Assembly: GCA_965197475.1 (NCBI GenBank) | Contig: CBDANF010000003.1 | Span: 1,696,001-1,760,000, forward strand | Length of the DNA stretch: 64,000 nucleotides | Origin: Candidatus Poribacteria bacterium | GTDB lineage: Bacteria > Poribacteria > WGA-4E > WGA-3G | Reading direction: 5' to 3' | Part shown: positions 61,536-64,000 of the stretch, piece after piece | Layout of the letters: every line of letters begins with the position of its first letter | Position numbering within the stretch: the stretch's first letter is position 1 | Position numbers and translations under genes: made by a program | Notes under the pieces: generated by a model | Seen by the model: only the letters and a program-made list of their open reading frames with translations | The model's database searches: none | What the model was told of the DNA's origin: nothing

Positions 61536-62333
61536 TTAATAGGAATGTTTTTCCTTGTAAAGTTCATATAGATGTTCAACGCCCAAGCGTTGATAGAGCT
61601 CTAAAACCGCTTTATTATCAAGTTTTATCTGATTCTCTATAGGAATTGGATCTCCATAATACCCAAAACCGGTAGGATCAGGGACCTCCCCTTGTGATGA
61701 GTCAACAAGAGTTTGAATCTCGCTTCTAATACGTTGTATCTCCGCTAAGGTATCACCGGAATATAACTCGCCATTTTTGAGATCTGATAATTTATCTTTC
61801 AAGGCTGCACGTAATTGCTTGTATTGTTGCAACTGTACAGGCATCGGTGCGAAACCTGTTTTTAAATCATAATGAGACACGACAACTGTATTTCTATAAT
61901 GCCGAACGACGTTTCCGTGATTATCACGAAAGTGTTGATATGAACCGTCTGGCGATGGGTCTTCTCCCCATTTAGCTCTATATTCCGCGAGTTGCTGCTC
62001 CCGGAGTGCTTTGACCCTTGCCTTAATTTCTGCTTCAGAAAGTTCAGGCAGTGTTTGCAGAGTTGTAGCGGTATCCGCGGGTGCCGCATGCGGTTCTTCG
62101 TGCCAAACACCATCGTGCCAGTGTCCGTTAGGTGATACACCGGGCGGTGGTGGTTTGCCCGCTTCTTGTGCAGACACCTGTTGCTTTGGTCCGTCCTCCA
62201 AAAGTTTTTTGGTTGCCTCACCTAATACCAGTTTCGACTCAGTGTCGGTATCCTGCGGCATCAGTAAGAAAACACCAGCAATTCCAATCAGTAGCATGAG
62301 GATTGCAAGTCCCCATATCATCTGCTTTTTCAT
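61536..62333 (-). CDS. Membrane-anchored HWH-motif protein, unit 2
   Basis: First ~50 aa nearly identical to unit 1; PPPPG..GHWHDGVWH, WGEDP. Confidence 0.8.
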   Translation of the reverse strand: MKKQMIWGLAILMLLIGIAGVFLLMPQDTDTESKLVLGEATKKLLEDGPKQQVSAQEAGKPPPPGVSPNGHWHDGVWHEEPHAAPADTATTLQTLPELSEAEIKARVKALREQQLAEYRAKWGEDPSPDGSYQHFRDNHGNVVRHYRNTVVVSHYDLKTGFAPMPVQLQQYKQLRAALKDKLSDLKNGELYSGDTLAEIQRIRSEIQTLVDSSQGEVPDPTGFGYYGDPIPIENQIKLDNKAVLELYQRLGVEHLYELYKEKHSY

Positions 62334-62361
62334 AAGGATTCTCCTTATCTTTCATTTGCCT

Positions 62362-62529
62362 TTATTTCGCTGCGTCCAGCGTGCAAGGCGTTTTGTTTTG
62401 TTCCATACAAGCGGGGATTCCTGCCTGCGTAGCATCAATCATTTTGATTGTGCCAAAGAACAGCCCTCCACCCATAAAAACAATCAGTGCCGTGGTCAGT
62501 CCTATCTTTCGCCACCGTTGCTTTTTCAC
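62362..62529 (-). CDS. Small 1-TM peptide with Cys pair (55 aa)
   Basis: GTG start after GAAAGGA; ..KIGLTTALIVFMGGGLFFG..IPACMEQNKTPCTLDAAK. Confidence 0.7.
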   Translation of the reverse strand: MKKQRWRKIGLTTALIVFMGGGLFFGTIKMIDATQAGIPACMEQNKTPCTLDAAK

Positions 62530-62634
62530 AATTATATACATCCTTTCAAAATTAGTCAAAAAGACCGACCAAACGATGACAACTGTAAATCAAAACATCA
62601 GTATGAAATACCTTTCATAATTAAAGACACAGTT

Positions 62635-62823
62635 TTAGACCGAAAAGTGTGCATACGATATAAAAAAATGAATTTTGTCTAAAGATTTGGTAAAACTACC
62701 GCTTGCGCTCCTCACTTCGCGAAAGTTTTTCACACTATCCTGTATCCGTATCCAAAAGGCGAGAAATAGGATACTGATGAGCAATAGGAGCGGGAGGATT
62801 TGTTTGAAAAGCGGGGTTTTCAT
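62635..62823 (-). pseudogene. 5' stub of the STT3-like gene (duplication junction)
   Basis: MKTPLFKQILPLLLLISILFLAFWIRIQ versus MKTPLFKHLVSLLLFSSILFLAFWIRIQ; diverges after codon 28. Confidence 0.78.
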
Positions 62824-62895
62824 AATAAACTATAAAGTGGGGAACCGGTTGCGACACCGGTTCCCCACTTATGCGTTAATACGCAAGTGTAAGGT

Positions 62896-64000
62896 TTAAC
62901 GATATAGATCCGAATGATAGTCGCGAAGAGTTGTCAAACGTTCTCCTGAACAGATACCACGTTGCATGAGAAGATTCTGACATTGCGTGAAAAGTTCACC
63001 ACAAGGTTCCGTTATCGCCGTGCCATCAGCACGCCTGCCTATGATTATACTACGGATGCACGTATAGGTCGCACACGCAGTGTTTCTAATGCAGATCGGG
63101 TTGATGCACGCTGTGGCGATTGTGGTACAGCCACCATTTGCCGGGGGTGTGGTGCAGCCACCATTTGCCGGGGGTGTGGTGCAGCCACCATTTGCCGGGG
63201 GCGTGTTACAGCCGCCGTTTGAAGGGGGCGTGCCGCCGCCGTTCTGACCACCTAACGCAAGATAGTTGCTGGTGCCTTGCCCCATACCAACGCCACCACC
63301 ATCGCCAGATTGTGAGCCGCTGCCATTGGGATAGTTGTGCAGGTGAATACACTTAAAATAGCCATTAGGATCCGCATCGCAATCGATGGTGGAGCCGTTG
63401 ATGGTAAGTGAAGCAGGGCAGGACCCCGATACCCATTCTTCATGTCCTTCTGGGGTGCACGGTTTAAAATCTATCCCACAGATTACACAAGGCCAAGATT
63501 TATGACGGGACGCATCTGGTTGACATGTCCCGTAAGAATCGCCACATCCTTTTGGTGTGCCGTTTACATTACAAGGTACATAGTGCTGCTCCGCTGTTTG
63601 AACTATCTCGGTGCACGCATTATGCTTACAAGAAATCACATTCGTATCACTATAAGTGACATTCCATTGAGCATTTATCTGCCTTGGAATGGGACTACGG
63701 GAGTCCATACGCCAACCTGAACCAAGTCGGAGTGCTGCACTCGGTGATTTACCGATCGTGATTTGGTATGTGCTTGAAATACCAACCAGCACTGCAGGCT
63801 TCGGGACCATGGTAGACGTTACATTCTTTACATGCGGTGTGCCTGTATAAATACGACTTGTGTCTACAGGTGCCGTTATGTCGCCAGGGTGATGTCCTGC
63901 TTCAATACGCCAGCAAGGAAAAACTATTGGTTGAGACCATTCTACTTCTTTATTTTCTTCCGTTTCATACCATGTTGTCAAACCAAGGGTCAATGCACTA
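62896..64000 (-). CDS. Cys/His-rich protein, unit 3 (5' end outside window)
   Basis: Frame open to the window edge; homologous to unit 1 from WY.TEENKEVEW onward; 4x NGGC repeat; same tail. Confidence 0.8.
   Translation of the reverse strand, partial: SALTLGLTTWYETEENKEVEWSQPIVFPCWRIEAGHHPGDITAPVDTSRIYTGTPHVKNVTSTMVPKPAVLVGISSTYQITIGKSPSAALRLGSGWRMDSRSPIPRQINAQWNVTYSDTNVISCKHNACTEIVQTAEQHYVPCNVNGTPKGCGDSYGTCQPDASRHKSWPCVICGIDFKPCTPEGHEEWVSGSCPASLTINGSTIDCDADPNGYFKCIHLHNYPNGSGSQSGDGGGVGMGQGTSNYLALGGQNGGGTPPSNGGCNTPPANGGCTTPPANGGCTTPPANGGCTTIATACINPICIRNTACATYTCIRSIIIGRRADGTAITEPCGELFTQCQNLLMQRGICSGERLTTLRDYHSDLYR

Larger units (their letters stand above)
62188..63450. repeat. Conserved direct repeat, array copy 3
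   Basis: Near-identical to 59519-60572; the right part extends homology to 57150-57860. Confidence 0.9.

Noticed and set aside
57846-62682. Long plus-strand ORFs (57846..58535, 59486..59842, 62011..62682)
   Set aside because: They are antisense to better-supported minus-strand genes that have RBS and signal peptides.

Overview
Bacterial window. Its protein families (secreted WD40 repeats with cohesin/dockerin and a 'PNYPNPFNPETWIPYQL' C-terminal module, DUF6785-type membrane proteins, 'LTTTWGRIK'-type tails, HWH-motif proteins) suggest Ca. Poribacteria; this is inference. Core content: an 11-subunit nuo operon without nuoEFG, serS, bioB, pyrK, four tRNAs (Glu, Gln, Asp, Val), an amidase, and a GHL10/sulfatase/transporter/dehydratase cluster. 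Two unusual structures stand out. (1) An AT-rich, transposase-less element at 3146-7368 with terminal inverted repeats and a perfect 8-bp target duplication (TATTTTTA). It carries a fused restriction-modification enzyme, a TIR protein and a nested IR-flanked membrane-protein cassette. (2) A tandem polymorphic cassette array from about 57150 to the window end. About 1.1-kb conserved repeats alternate with variable segments encoding HWH-motif and Cys/His-rich secreted proteins. The array lies upstream of an atypical STT3/AglB-like glycosyltransferase (HWRFG in place of WWDYG) and a CDP-alcohol phosphotransferase. All assignments come from reading motifs by eye; no database searches were run.
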